Of a DNA stretch of 64,000 nucleotides, positions 18,407-27,248 are shown in pieces; position 1 is the stretch's first letter; each line of letters begins with the position of its first letter. Made by a program: the position numbers and the translations under genes. The notes beneath the pieces are model-generated. The model was not told the DNA's origin, made no database searches, and saw nothing but the letters and a program-made list of their open reading frames with translations. This DNA is from Candidatus Methanomethylicia archaeon (lineage in GTDB: Archaea; Thermoproteota; Methanomethylicia; Nezhaarchaeales; B40-G2): the NCBI GenBank assembly GCA_029259155.1, contig JAPDJI010000017.1, forward strand, positions 1 through 64,000, read 5' to 3'.

Positions 18407-19474
18407 TCAAGGCCCCTCCCGCCTCCGCCTAGCCTGGGCTTTTGACCTCTGCTTGACCCCGGCCTCGGCCAGCTGCTTAGAGTGCCATACACAGTGGTCT
18501 ACGAGCCTCCCCACCTCCTCTACGAGGGAGCGAGCAGCCTCCACCCCCCAGGGCTGGATGGCTAAGCGAGCTGCTCGAAGTAGAGCCTCTGCCTTGAGGA
18601 GCTTCTCGTAGTGCCTGGTCCTAGGGGCCACCTCCTCTAGGAAGCGTAAGGCGTGGCAGTCGGTTAAGCCGAGCGTGTGGCTGACCACCACGTCCCCGCC
18701 CCTCTCCCTAGGCTTGGACACCGAGTGGTCTACCTCGAAGCCCCTCTCTAGGAGCCCCCTCCAAGCGGGCTCCACGAGGCCCCAGTCGTCGTTGATTAGC
18801 TCAACCCTAACCTTGAGGCCCGACCGCGTAAACCAAGCCTTCAAGCTACTCTCCCCCTCGAAGAAGCTGGTCATGAACTCCCAGAACTGCTCGTCGTCGC
18901 TCACGTCCAGCGTCAGGGGCTCAGCTAGGAAGGTGAAGCTCTCGTCGAGGAGTATGCTTATCCGCCACTCGTACTGGCCGGTCTTACGGTTGTAGAAGGG
19001 GAGCTTGTTGAAGTGCTCAGTGTACGGCCTGAATAGCTCGTGGAACGCCTGTATTAGCCATGGGTTGGGGGTGGAGGTGGTGACCTCTACTTGGCCGTGG
19101 TGGCGCCTGGCGTGGCCTTCGGCCGCTACGAGGCAGTGTAGGCGTACGCGCTTGACTGGGTCTCCGTCGAAGGGCTTCTTGGCGAAGCGGGTCAGCTTAG
19201 CCTTCAACGCCTCTAGGCGAGGGCGTCTAGCTACACCCAGCCTCTCCATCATCCGCCTAAGCCCCCTGCCGTCCACGCCCAGTAGGCGGGCGATGTCAGA
19301 GCTGCTTAGCCCAGCCCGCCAGTATAGGTCGTTGAGAAGGGCTGCTAGGCGCTGGTCTCCGCTTAGGTCTAGGCGCTCCACCGCTCGCCTAGCCTCCTCG
19401 CTCAGCAGGCGTAGCACGTCCTCCGACACCTTCAACACCCTACGCCCAGCCCGGCTAAGCCGCAGCTCAGCCAC
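18407..19474 (-). CDS. HTH plus double-motif LAGLIDADG homing endonuclease-like protein
   Basis: LYWRAGLSSSDIARLLGV HTH; degenerate LAGLIDADG helices LHCLVAAEG and FMTSFFEGES. Confidence 0.65.
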   Translation of the reverse strand: MAELRLSRAGRRVLKVSEDVLRLLSEEARRAVERLDLSGDQRLAALLNDLYWRAGLSSSDIARLLGVDGRGLRRMMERLGVARRPRLEALKAKLTRFAKKPFDGDPVKRVRLHCLVAAEGHARRHHGQVEVTTSTPNPWLIQAFHELFRPYTEHFNKLPFYNRKTGQYEWRISILLDESFTFLAEPLTLDVSDDEQFWEFMTSFFEGESSLKAWFTRSGLKVRVELINDDWGLVEPAWRGLLERGFEVDHSVSKPRERGGDVVVSHTLGLTDCHALRFLEEVAPRTRHYEKLLKAEALLRAARLAIQPWGVEAARSLVEEVGRLVDHCVWHSKQLAEAGVKQRSKAQARRRREGP

Positions 19475-19919
19475 GCCCAGCCACCTCCTCCCTAAGCCAT
19501 GACTCGAAGCTGGATAGGCTGTGGAAGGCGCGGTCGACGCTTCGAAGCACTAGGCGACAGCGCTCGCGAAGCAGGGCCTCGTCAGCCCTAGGGGCCTCCA
19601 CCAAGGCCAGCCCTAGCGCCCCAGGCCTAGCCACCCTCAACGACCTAAACTTGAACTCGATGAAAGCCGCCTTGCGGACAGCCTCGTCAACCCCGCGGAA
19701 CCCAGGCTTCAAGCTAAGGCAGCACTCCAAGAACCCCTCACGGCCGCCCAGCTCAAGCCTAAAATCATAGAACAGCCTCCACCCACCGATGTCCACGGGA
19801 AAGTCCCGCTGAAACACCACGCCGAACTCCTCCAACACCGACATCACAGCCTCCTCCTGCCAAGTAGGCCCCACACAGCGCCTAGCACGGACAACCCAGC
19901 TAGACAAGCCACCACCCAC
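19467..19919 (-). CDS. PD-(D/E)XK superfamily (DUF559/Vsr-like) nuclease
   Basis: TWQEEAV...L...G..F.R.F, YDF, FLEC pattern; 8-nt overlap with the downstream LAGLIDADG gene. Confidence 0.5.
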   Translation of the reverse strand: MGGGLSSWVVRARRCVGPTWQEEAVMSVLEEFGVVFQRDFPVDIGGWRLFYDFRLELGGREGFLECCLSLKPGFRGVDEAVRKAAFIEFKFRSLRVARPGALGLALVEAPRADEALLRERCRLVLRSVDRAFHSLSSFESWLREEVAGRG

Positions 19920-19978
19920 CAGCCCGTCGGGGAAAGATATTTAAGCTCTGCGGAGAAAGTATTTAGTCTGTGTACTTT

Positions 19979-21619
19979 ATGTCGGTTCAGCGCGTCCTCG
20001 AGGAGCTTAAGCGAAGAGGCCGGGCCACGGCGAGCGAGCTGGCCGTGGCGCTCGGGCTTAGCCGGAACTGGGTGTGCGCCTGCCTCAAGGACCTAGAGGC
20101 CCGAGGCCTGGTTAGGGCTGTGGAGGTGGCCAGCGGGCGCCGCGGTAGGCCTAGGAGGCTGTACTGCGTTGAGGAGCCGCCGAGCTTCCTCGAGGAGAAT
20201 TGCCGTAGCTGCGCGCTGTTCCACCCTGTAGATGGGTGTAGGCTTGGTCGAGGCGCGGCGGCTGGCTCGACTGCCTGCGAGCTCTACGTGCCGCGTAGGC
20301 GGGTGTTCCATGCCTGGAGGCTTCGCCGAGCCGTCAAGGGCTACCTATGCCTCGTCTGCGGCAAGCCAGCTGTGCCGCGCCCCCCTTCGCTCAACCCTTC
20401 CTTCTGCCTCAACTGCTTGACCAGCTACCGCTTAGCCTACTGGAGGCACGGCGACCCTAGGATACGCGTTAGGCCGGGCGTCGAGGACCTGGTTAAGGAG
20501 AGGGGCGGCGTGGCGGTCGAGGCCTCCCTCGACGACCTCCCCAAGGCCAGGCTGTTCGTAGGCGACCTGGACCGCGTCGTGGTTGAAGGCGTGGCCTTGA
20601 TCGTGGAGACGAGGCTGCCCGTAGGCGGCGTCAGGAGGCTCGTCTACCGCTTAGACGAGGTGGAGCGTAGGGTGCTCTACTATCGATCGCGCCAGGTCGA
20701 GGAGGCTCAGCGAGACCTGGACGAGCTGGCTGAGCTAGGCTTTCAGCTAGTTAAGTCCCCGCCCCCTGAGCCAGCTGGGCTCTACGAGGCCTTGGTGAGC
20801 CGCGGCGAGCGAAGCGAGGAGGCTAGGAGGCTTCTATGGCTCGGCAACGCGGTGAGCCACTACGTGGCCTGCTGTAGGCTAGCTAGACTCTACGGAGTGG
20901 GCGTTGAGCCTCCGCTACACTACCTTCGAAGGGCGTTGAGGGAGGCGGACTACGGGTTTCGCTACGAGTCAGCCATAATGAGGGCCTACTGGGCCGCCTA
21001 CAAGGAGGCCCTACGTAGACTAGGCTTCGAAGCCTCCAGCCGAGTTAAGGCGAGGCTCCCCCGCGAGGAGGCCTTGACGCCGCGGCGAGCCATAGCCCCA
21101 GCCTACGACCCAGTCAGCTCCATGATAAACTACGTGCACTCGAGAATCCTGAGAGCCGCTGAGGCCTTGGAGCCAGGCCTAGCCGGCCCCATCGGGCTGA
21201 TCCATAGGTTCTCGAAGGCTGGGAAGTGGTGCCGTAAGCACGCCATGTACCTAGACGCCACTGAGCCCTTGAAGGCAGTGGGCAGGGAGCTACTGCTCGA
21301 CGCCTTGAAGCGCGGCGACGTGGACCTAGGCGGCGTCGAGGAGGTTAAGGGCAGCCTTGGAGGGAGGCTCTACGCCTTAACGTCTCGAGCCGCCCAGGCC
21401 TTGGAACTAAGGGTGGTTAAGCCTAGCCTGGAGATGGAGTTGATCTACGCTGGGCGCTTGACCACGGCCCGCGTAGCCTTAGAGGAGGCCCTTAGGGGGT
21501 TGAGGAGGCTTGAGGGCTTCAAGCCACTGGTCTTCGCAACTAGGGAGGACCTAGACGACGTCGAGTACGCCCTAAGGGGCTATGGAGAGGCCTTAAGCTC
21601 GCTCCTAGGCGAAGCATAG
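19979..21619 (+). CDS. cas1: Solo Cas1-like integrase with N-terminal wHTH and two Cys4 modules
   Basis: YESAIMRAYW, DPVSSMINY, GLIH and YLDATEPLK match the Cas1 E/H/D-E catalytic motifs; a beta-rich Cas1-like N-domain precedes them; ATG at 19979 (ORF track starts at 19970). Confidence 0.75.
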   Translation: MSVQRVLEELKRRGRATASELAVALGLSRNWVCACLKDLEARGLVRAVEVASGRRGRPRRLYCVEEPPSFLEENCRSCALFHPVDGCRLGRGAAAGSTACELYVPRRRVFHAWRLRRAVKGYLCLVCGKPAVPRPPSLNPSFCLNCLTSYRLAYWRHGDPRIRVRPGVEDLVKERGGVAVEASLDDLPKARLFVGDLDRVVVEGVALIVETRLPVGGVRRLVYRLDEVERRVLYYRSRQVEEAQRDLDELAELGFQLVKSPPPEPAGLYEALVSRGERSEEARRLLWLGNAVSHYVACCRLARLYGVGVEPPLHYLRRALREADYGFRYESAIMRAYWAAYKEALRRLGFEASSRVKARLPREEALTPRRAIAPAYDPVSSMINYVHSRILRAAEALEPGLAGPIGLIHRFSKAGKWCRKHAMYLDATEPLKAVGRELLLDALKRGDVDLGGVEEVKGSLGGRLYALTSRAAQALELRVVKPSLEMELIYAGRLTTARVALEEALRGLRRLEGFKPLVFATREDLDDVEYALRGYGEALSSLLGEA

Positions 21620-21703
21620 AGGCCCAGTTGAGGCTGCTTGAAGCGGCATGCACGACCATTGTCCACGAGCCTTCCGTGAACAGGGGCTGGGCATGGAGGC
21701 TAG

Positions 21704-21895
21704 GTGCACAGGTATGGAGAGGAATGCGTTGAGCAAGGGCATGTATATGATCCCGCCCCTATGCCTATGAAGTGGGCGGCGATGGCTAATAGGAGGCCGC
21801 TGCCTAGGGAGGAGCTGGTCAGCGGAATGGCCGAGGTAGTGGAGTACGGCGTGGCCGTGGACCCCCCTTCAATCTTCAGGGGTGGAGTAAAATAA
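21704..21895 (+). pseudogene. Possible gene fragment at the right side of the island
   Basis: 63-aa GC-rich ORF with no recognisable domain, followed by a terminator. Confidence 0.25.
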
Positions 21896-21900
21896 GCGTG

Positions 21901-21931
21901 GCCACTGCTCAATAATGTGGCTTTTCTTTTT
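21901..21931 (+). terminator. Hairpin plus T-tract terminator
   Basis: GCCAC-N11-GTGGC followed by TTTTCTTTTT. Confidence 0.55.
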
Positions 21932-22128
21932 ATATTTCCACACCAAACAACACGATCGGACCTCGGCTACAAGCCTCTGTTAAGGTTTCTTAAGACAGTT
22001 CTTTGTGGAGTTGAAGCTCACACACCTAGGTTCCTTGTCAGCAGTGAGGTTTAGATCGCGCGACTATCCTTCCTAGGAGTGGAAATACTTATTGAAGGAA
22101 GCTGCGATTAAGATACGATGGATGATTT

Positions 22129-22551
22129 TTATATTAGGTTTTTCATGAATAATGCGCGTTGAGCTTTAATGAGGTTTTCAAGCGTGGACGAATTGATGAG
22201 GTTTAGGACGGCTTTTCCGATGGCGAGGAAGCCTGCTGGGATTAGAGCTCCCGCGAGGATGATGGATGATAGCCATTTAGGTGAATCTGTCAATAGGTGG
22301 CCCAGTGGGTTTTCTTCTGGGTCGTGTATATCCCAGTGTATCCTATAATGATCTTTGAACTCGACGATGTGTAGGCTCCTCCCGTCCTTAAGCTTCATCC
22401 TGTAGTCTGCTATCTGTCCTCTTGGTATTCCCAGACTACGTTTAAAGAACGTGGTTTGCGTGGGGTGAGGGACAAGCTGTTTATCGACTATGACTTCTTC
22501 GTGCTCTCTTTTCCTTAAAACCTCTTCAGCTATACTCGACCAGTCCATCAA
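22129..22551 (-). CDS. Conserved archaeal hypothetical protein with a C-terminal TM helix
   Basis: GQIADYR, DGR.LH..E..DHY..HWD..DP...PLGHL..D.P then a hydrophobic stretch. Confidence 0.6.
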   Translation of the reverse strand: MMDWSSIAEEVLRKREHEEVIVDKQLVPHPTQTTFFKRSLGIPRGQIADYRMKLKDGRSLHIVEFKDHYRIHWDIHDPEENPLGHLLTDSPKWLSSIILAGALIPAGFLAIGKAVLNLINSSTLENLIKAQRALFMKNLI

Positions 22552-22716
22552 GTGGCTTACACCTCTTCCACATAAAAGCTTAACGTCGAGCGTAAGGGTT
22601 TATCTCTCCTCAGCTCTCCTCCTGTATGGGGGGATGATTTGGGAGGTGAATACTGAGGGTGATGAGCTTCAAGCTATGACCCCCTTTATGAAAGGACGTG
22701 TAGCGGAGGAGGATCG

Positions 22717-23865
22717 ATGGAGAGGGGAAGAGCATCCTTATTCTATGCTTTGAACAACCTCTCCTGGTTTGTCTGCCTAGCTGCTTTTCATGCGGCGCTG
22801 CTCCTTGAAGCTTCAAGACCGAGCTTTGCGCTCGCCTCAGTGGCTTTAGGTCTATCTGCGGTGTTCTTCCTTTTCGTAGGGATGATCCTCAGACCTACCT
22901 TGAAGCGGTCGATAGTCTATATATTGGCTGGAAGCTTCATTTCAGCTCTCTCTCCTTGGATAGTGAATGCTCCACCGCTTCTTCTCGCATCTTTATATTT
23001 TTTAACCGGGTTAGTCGGGACCTTATTCCTGTCCCATTCTATCTCAAACTTCCTTGAGTACACGAGCTTTGAGGATAGGGGGATTAAATCTGGGTTTTTC
23101 TTAGCGTTTTGCTCTATCTGTATTATCCTCGTAAGCGTGGCTTTTCGATGGCATTTAATTACCGCGCTCGTACTAGCTTTATATCGACTATCAAGTTTAG
23201 TAGCGGTTAAAGCGGTTGAGTATGCGCCGCTTGGAGCGTGGAGCCAAGAGGCGGTAGCACATAGTCAAAGAGGGTTGTTTATCTTCATTATTTGCTGGCT
23301 CCTCTTTTTAGTCTCTGACATCTTCGTTTATAGCTCCATTCCCATCTACGAGCCTAGCGGCGTTTTCAAGCAACAACATCTCCTGTCGGTAGCAGTATCG
23401 GCTTTTTCCGTGGTGGTTGGAGGTACTTTAATGGATAGGATGGGCAGGAAACTACCCATTATCTTGGCGTGCTCTACCTTAGGCATACTATACACGCTCC
23501 TCATCTTCCTCCCTCAGTCAGCTGTACCAGCCATACTGGTAGCGTCGGAGATTCCATGGGGCTTCCTCTTCGTTTTCTACATGTTAATCCTTCCAGGCGA
23601 TCTTCTTAGCGGCCGCGCTAAAGAAACGGTGATATGTTTCTTCTTATCGACCTACTGGATAAAATTAATGTTAAGGTTCACTGAGCTAACCGTAGGGTGG
23701 ATTGGTCTCTCAGAGATAGGGCCCTTAACCGAATTGCTTGGAAGCTTCCTACTCTTTGTCTCGGTTCCTCTACTATTAATTTCTCCTGAGACTCTTCCGC
23801 TACGTATTGTAGAGAAGAGGAAGATGACAAAATATATAGAATGGGCTAAGCGGAAGGCATCGTAG
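22717..23865 (+). CDS. MFS-like membrane transporter
   Basis: Many hydrophobic segments, GGTLMDRMGRK motif A, PETL near the C-terminus. Confidence 0.65.
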   Translation: MERGRASLFYALNNLSWFVCLAAFHAALLLEASRPSFALASVALGLSAVFFLFVGMILRPTLKRSIVYILAGSFISALSPWIVNAPPLLLASLYFLTGLVGTLFLSHSISNFLEYTSFEDRGIKSGFFLAFCSICIILVSVAFRWHLITALVLALYRLSSLVAVKAVEYAPLGAWSQEAVAHSQRGLFIFIICWLLFLVSDIFVYSSIPIYEPSGVFKQQHLLSVAVSAFSVVVGGTLMDRMGRKLPIILACSTLGILYTLLIFLPQSAVPAILVASEIPWGFLFVFYMLILPGDLLSGRAKETVICFFLSTYWIKLMLRFTELTVGWIGLSEIGPLTELLGSFLLFVSVPLLLISPETLPLRIVEKRKMTKYIEWAKRKAS

Positions 23866-24139
23866 TGAGCACTATTGCTACTATGAGCAAAGCCCAGCCT
23901 ATGATCAATATTATACCTATGGTCTTCTTGGCCGCTGTTATGAAAGTGAGGAGTAGGTAAAGCGCGGTTAACGATACTAGTAGCGATATAGGTCCGCTAA
24001 ACTGTTCAGCTAGCTCAGGCCTAGCCTTAAACAAGGTTTGAGTTAAGAGGTTGTTTATGAGGTCCTCTAAAGCGTTGAAGGCCTGTGCTATTAGGGTGCT
24101 TATAGTACTCCAGTCGAACATATAGGCCCCTTCCACCAT
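23846..24139 (-). CDS. Small membrane protein
   Basis: Two C-terminal TM segments. Confidence 0.6.
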   Translation of the reverse strand: MVEGAYMFDWSTISTLIAQAFNALEDLINNLLTQTLFKARPELAEQFSGPISLLVSLTALYLLLTFITAAKKTIGIILIIGWALLIVAIVLTTMPSA

Positions 24140-24250
24140 TTTCTGAACTCCTATATAGACTTAATCCAATGCCAAAAGCGTGTATGGGGAAAGTTTTTAG
24201 CGTGGGTTGCCTCCTATAGGGAAGCCTCTTGTTTACGGAGGAGCCTCGGG

Positions 24251-25420
24251 ATGAAGTCGATGGGTGAGCGAAGAATAGTCATGCTTCCAGGCCCCACTTC
24301 TGTTGACCCAGCTGTGTTAAGGGCTATGAGCAGGCAGATAGAGCCACATTCTCATCCAGCGTTCATAGACAAGTATAAGAACGTACTAGAGAAACTTAGG
24401 AAGCTTATACGAACAGACGGTCAGGTATTTGCTTTTGCAGGTTCAGGCACTTTTTCGCAGGAGGTTGGTGTAGCTAATTTTGTAGAGCCTGGAGACAAGG
24501 TATTATGTCTCGTAAACGGCTTCTTTAGTGGCCGCTTTGTCGACATGGTTAAGAGACGCGGCGGCATTCCAAAGGTATTGGAGGTACCCTTCGGAGAAGG
24601 CTTTACGGCTGAGATGGTCCGAAAGGCTTTGAAGGGCGCTGGTTTTAAGGCGGTCACCGCTACCCATGTGGAGACTTCGAGTGGCGTAGTCAACCCCATA
24701 GATGAAATAGGAGAGGTAGTGAGGGAGGAAGGAGCCCTGTTTATAGTGGATACGGTGGCCTCGCTAGGTGGTATGGAGGTAAGGCAGGATGAATGGGGGA
24801 TAAACGTGAACTGTGCATGTACCCAGAAGTGTCTTGGAGCTCCACCCGGCGTCTCCATAGTATCGCTGGATAAGGAAGCCATGGAGGTGTTGAGGAAACG
24901 TGAAACTCCTGCCTCTACGTTTTACGGGGACCTTAAGGGGTGGCTTCCGGTCATAGAAGACCCTTACAACAACTATAGATCTACCCATCCTGTTAGCTTG
25001 ATCTATGCATTAGAGGAGGCCTTGAACCAGATCTTTGCTGAAGGTTTAAAGAAGAGATATAGGAGACATAAGATTATAGCTGAGGCCTTTAGGAAGGCCA
25101 TGAAGGCTATCGGGTTAAAAATACTAGCTAAACCAGGCTACGAATCTTCGACAGTTACGGCAGTGCTATACCCTGAAAAGTGCAGCATAGATGACGTTGA
25201 GTTCAGGAAGGAAGTAGAACGTCGCAAAATACTGATAGCCTACGGTTACGGTCCACTGCGAGGTAAATCCTTCAGAGTTGGACATATGGGTAGTGTGACG
25301 GCTAACGACATGCTATCGACGATAAGCGCCATAGAGGCGGCGTTAAAGAAGTTTGGCTATAAGTTCAGGTATGGAGCAGGTGTTACTGCTGCACAAAAAG
25401 TGTTGGAAAAGCTAAGGTGA
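24251..25420 (+). CDS. Class V aminotransferase (alanine-glyoxylate/serine-pyruvate type)
   Basis: MLPGPT, HVETSSG, VDTVASLGG, TQKCLGAPPG (PLP Lys), FRVGHMG. Confidence 0.9.
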   Translation: MKSMGERRIVMLPGPTSVDPAVLRAMSRQIEPHSHPAFIDKYKNVLEKLRKLIRTDGQVFAFAGSGTFSQEVGVANFVEPGDKVLCLVNGFFSGRFVDMVKRRGGIPKVLEVPFGEGFTAEMVRKALKGAGFKAVTATHVETSSGVVNPIDEIGEVVREEGALFIVDTVASLGGMEVRQDEWGINVNCACTQKCLGAPPGVSIVSLDKEAMEVLRKRETPASTFYGDLKGWLPVIEDPYNNYRSTHPVSLIYALEEALNQIFAEGLKKRYRRHKIIAEAFRKAMKAIGLKILAKPGYESSTVTAVLYPEKCSIDDVEFRKEVERRKILIAYGYGPLRGKSFRVGHMGSVTANDMLSTISAIEAALKKFGYKFRYGAGVTAAQKVLEKLR

Positions 25421-25550
25421 GTTCTAAGTTAAAAGAACGGTCCTAACGGATTTTCTCTACCATAATTGTGGTAAATTACGTAAACACGCGGACTATGCTT
25501 CGTGACCTTAACAGTATCAAGATCAAAGGCTAGAACTCGTAGACGTGGAA

Positions 25551-25612
25551 GGGCCTCAGCTACCCCAGGATCTCATTCATCACTCTACGTGCATGACTTT
25601 CCTCATCGGCCC
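25551..25612 (-). ncRNA. C/D-box methylation guide sRNA
   Basis: Minus strand reads GGGCC-g-AUGAGGA(C)-aagucaugcacg-UAGA(D')-GUGAUGA(C')-augagauccugggguag-CUGA(D)-GGCCC with a 5-bp terminal stem. Confidence 0.72.
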
Positions 25613-25634
25613 ACCACTGTCTCTACCCAACTTT

Positions 25635-27248
25635 CTAATAAACTTCCCCTTTGAATGGTGCGGAGGCCTCTGCGTAGCTTGAGGTCCATGGCTCTAACTC
25701 CTTCAAGGCGTAGGGAACCATGAATAAAACATCGCTAGCAGTAAAGTGATAGCCCTTCTCATTGGCAGCCAGATCTCCAGCCCTTCCATTAATGAAGGAG
25801 GCGGCTACGCATGCCTTAAAGGCCTCAACCCTCTGTGCCATGAAGCCAGCGATCAGCCCTGAAAGCACGTCTCCCACGCCTCCTACAGCCATCCCAGCAT
25901 TACCCGTCCTATTCACTTTGACCCTCCTTCCATCCGTCACCACTGACCTATGACCCTTTAGTATCGCAACAGCCTTGTACTTAGCAGCTAGCTTACGAGC
26001 AGCCTCTATAGCTCCTTCAAGGTTTCGAGGGACTTCCTCACCCATTAGAGCCCTGTACTCGCCTAGATGAGGGGTTAGGACCAAGTCTAGTCCTTCAACA
26101 TCGTATCCTCCTCTTCCAAGAGCCTTTAATCCATCAGCATCTATTAACACTTTAAGTTCTCTACGCTTAACTTCTTCGAGGAGCGCTCCAAGACCTTTAA
26201 CTGTATCTTCATTAAACCCTAATCCTGGACCCACCGCCACTACGTCAGCCCTATCAAGCGCGCGCTTAAGATTCTCATCAGATATTGCTGCTTCATCTAC
26301 CCAGTCTCCTCTAAGCGGAATTACGATAAGGTCTGGTGAAAAACCCTTAATGTAAGGGGAAGCTGAGCTTGGAGAGGCTATGAAAGCTAGTCCAGCTCCA
26401 GCCTTAAGTGCTGCCATTCCTGCTAACGCCGGCGCCCCTGCATATAGAGGGCTGCCGCCCACTATGAGCACTACACCGTAATCGTACTTATGGGTGTCAG
26501 CTTTTCTAGGCTTAAGTATCGACATCACGTCGCCAGGACCTATGTAAAGCTCAGCTTCCAAAGGTATACCTATGTCAGCTATTTCAAGCTCCCCGATGTA
26601 TTCCTCCCTGCCCATGAAGCCTTTCTTAGCTCTATGCATAGTGATGGTCACATGGGCCTTAAAAACACCTCGTGCAACCTCGCCTGTATCCGGGTTAAGG
26701 CCTGTCGGCACGTCTATGGCGACTTTAAGTCCCTTTGATTTATTCATGAGTTCCACCGCACTCCTCACTGGTTCCCTAAGCTCACCTCTCAAGCCTGTAC
26801 CTATGAGAGCATCTACAACCACGTCAGCGCCTATTACGAGATCTTCTAGTTCACTAAGCTGAGAAGGATCCTGAACGGTCAACGTCTGCACGGAGAGGTC
26901 CATGTTCTTAATCGCCCTCCAATTCATCCTCGCCTCCTTTGTCGTTAACTGCCGCTCGCTTCCCAGGAGGACTACGGTGACTTTAGCGCCCTTAATAGCT
27001 AGGTGCCTAGCTGCGACGAAGCCGTCTCCACCTTTATTACCGGTGCCGGCAAGTATCACTATCTTCTTATTTTCAACGTCCATTCTCTTAGCTACCGCCT
27101 CAGCCACGCTCCTCCCCGCATTCTCCATTAAAAGCTTCCTGGGAACTCCCAAGAACTCCGCGTTTATGTCGATAGCTCTGGCCTCCTCCACAGTAAGAGC
27201 TTCCTCGGATGCGGTGAATCTTAGGAGGTATTTACTCAAGCTTCTCAC
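25635..27248 (-). CDS. nnr: Bifunctional NAD(P)HX epimerase/dehydratase
   Basis: LMENAG, GNKGGDG, DALIGTG, DVPTG, GPGLG, DADGL, LTPH.GE, GGVGDVLSG. Confidence 0.93.
   Translation of the reverse strand: MRSLSKYLLRFTASEEALTVEEARAIDINAEFLGVPRKLLMENAGRSVAEAVAKRMDVENKKIVILAGTGNKGGDGFVAARHLAIKGAKVTVVLLGSERQLTTKEARMNWRAIKNMDLSVQTLTVQDPSQLSELEDLVIGADVVVDALIGTGLRGELREPVRSAVELMNKSKGLKVAIDVPTGLNPDTGEVARGVFKAHVTITMHRAKKGFMGREEYIGELEIADIGIPLEAELYIGPGDVMSILKPRKADTHKYDYGVVLIVGGSPLYAGAPALAGMAALKAGAGLAFIASPSSASPYIKGFSPDLIVIPLRGDWVDEAAISDENLKRALDRADVVAVGPGLGFNEDTVKGLGALLEEVKRRELKVLIDADGLKALGRGGYDVEGLDLVLTPHLGEYRALMGEEVPRNLEGAIEAARKLAAKYKAVAILKGHRSVVTDGRRVKVNRTGNAGMAVGGVGDVLSGLIAGFMAQRVEAFKACVAASFINGRAGDLAANEKGYHFTASDVLFMVPYALKELEPWTSSYAEASAPFKGEVY

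Larger units (their letters stand above)
18300..21931. mobile_element. GC-rich three-nuclease island (HTH-LAGLIDADG, PD-(D/E)XK, HTH-ZnF-Cas1); boundaries approximate
   Basis: Two hand-counted 60-nt lines give 62% and 70% GC versus 48% in a fwdDB line; the three main genes are all nuclease/integrase-like; no TIR or TSD identified. Confidence 0.6.

Noticed and set aside
18217-18492. 91-aa minus-strand ORF
   Set aside because: Overlaps cren7 and the LAGLIDADG gene; no recognisable features
18675-19502. Plus-strand ORFs of 106 and 165 aa
   Set aside because: Antisense shadows of the GC-rich LAGLIDADG gene; the many other short Ser/Pro/Thr-rich antisense ORFs in the track were rejected for the same reason
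18265-22128. Terminal inverted repeats or target-site duplication around the island
   Set aside because: Only 6-7 nt matches (CCTGAAG, CCACGC, TTTTTAT) in inconsistent order, which is expected by chance
25595-25604. GAGGAAAGUC on the minus strand, resembling the RNase P RNA P4 motif
   Set aside because: Too little intergenic space and no 3' P4 partner; better explained as box C plus guide of the C/D sRNA
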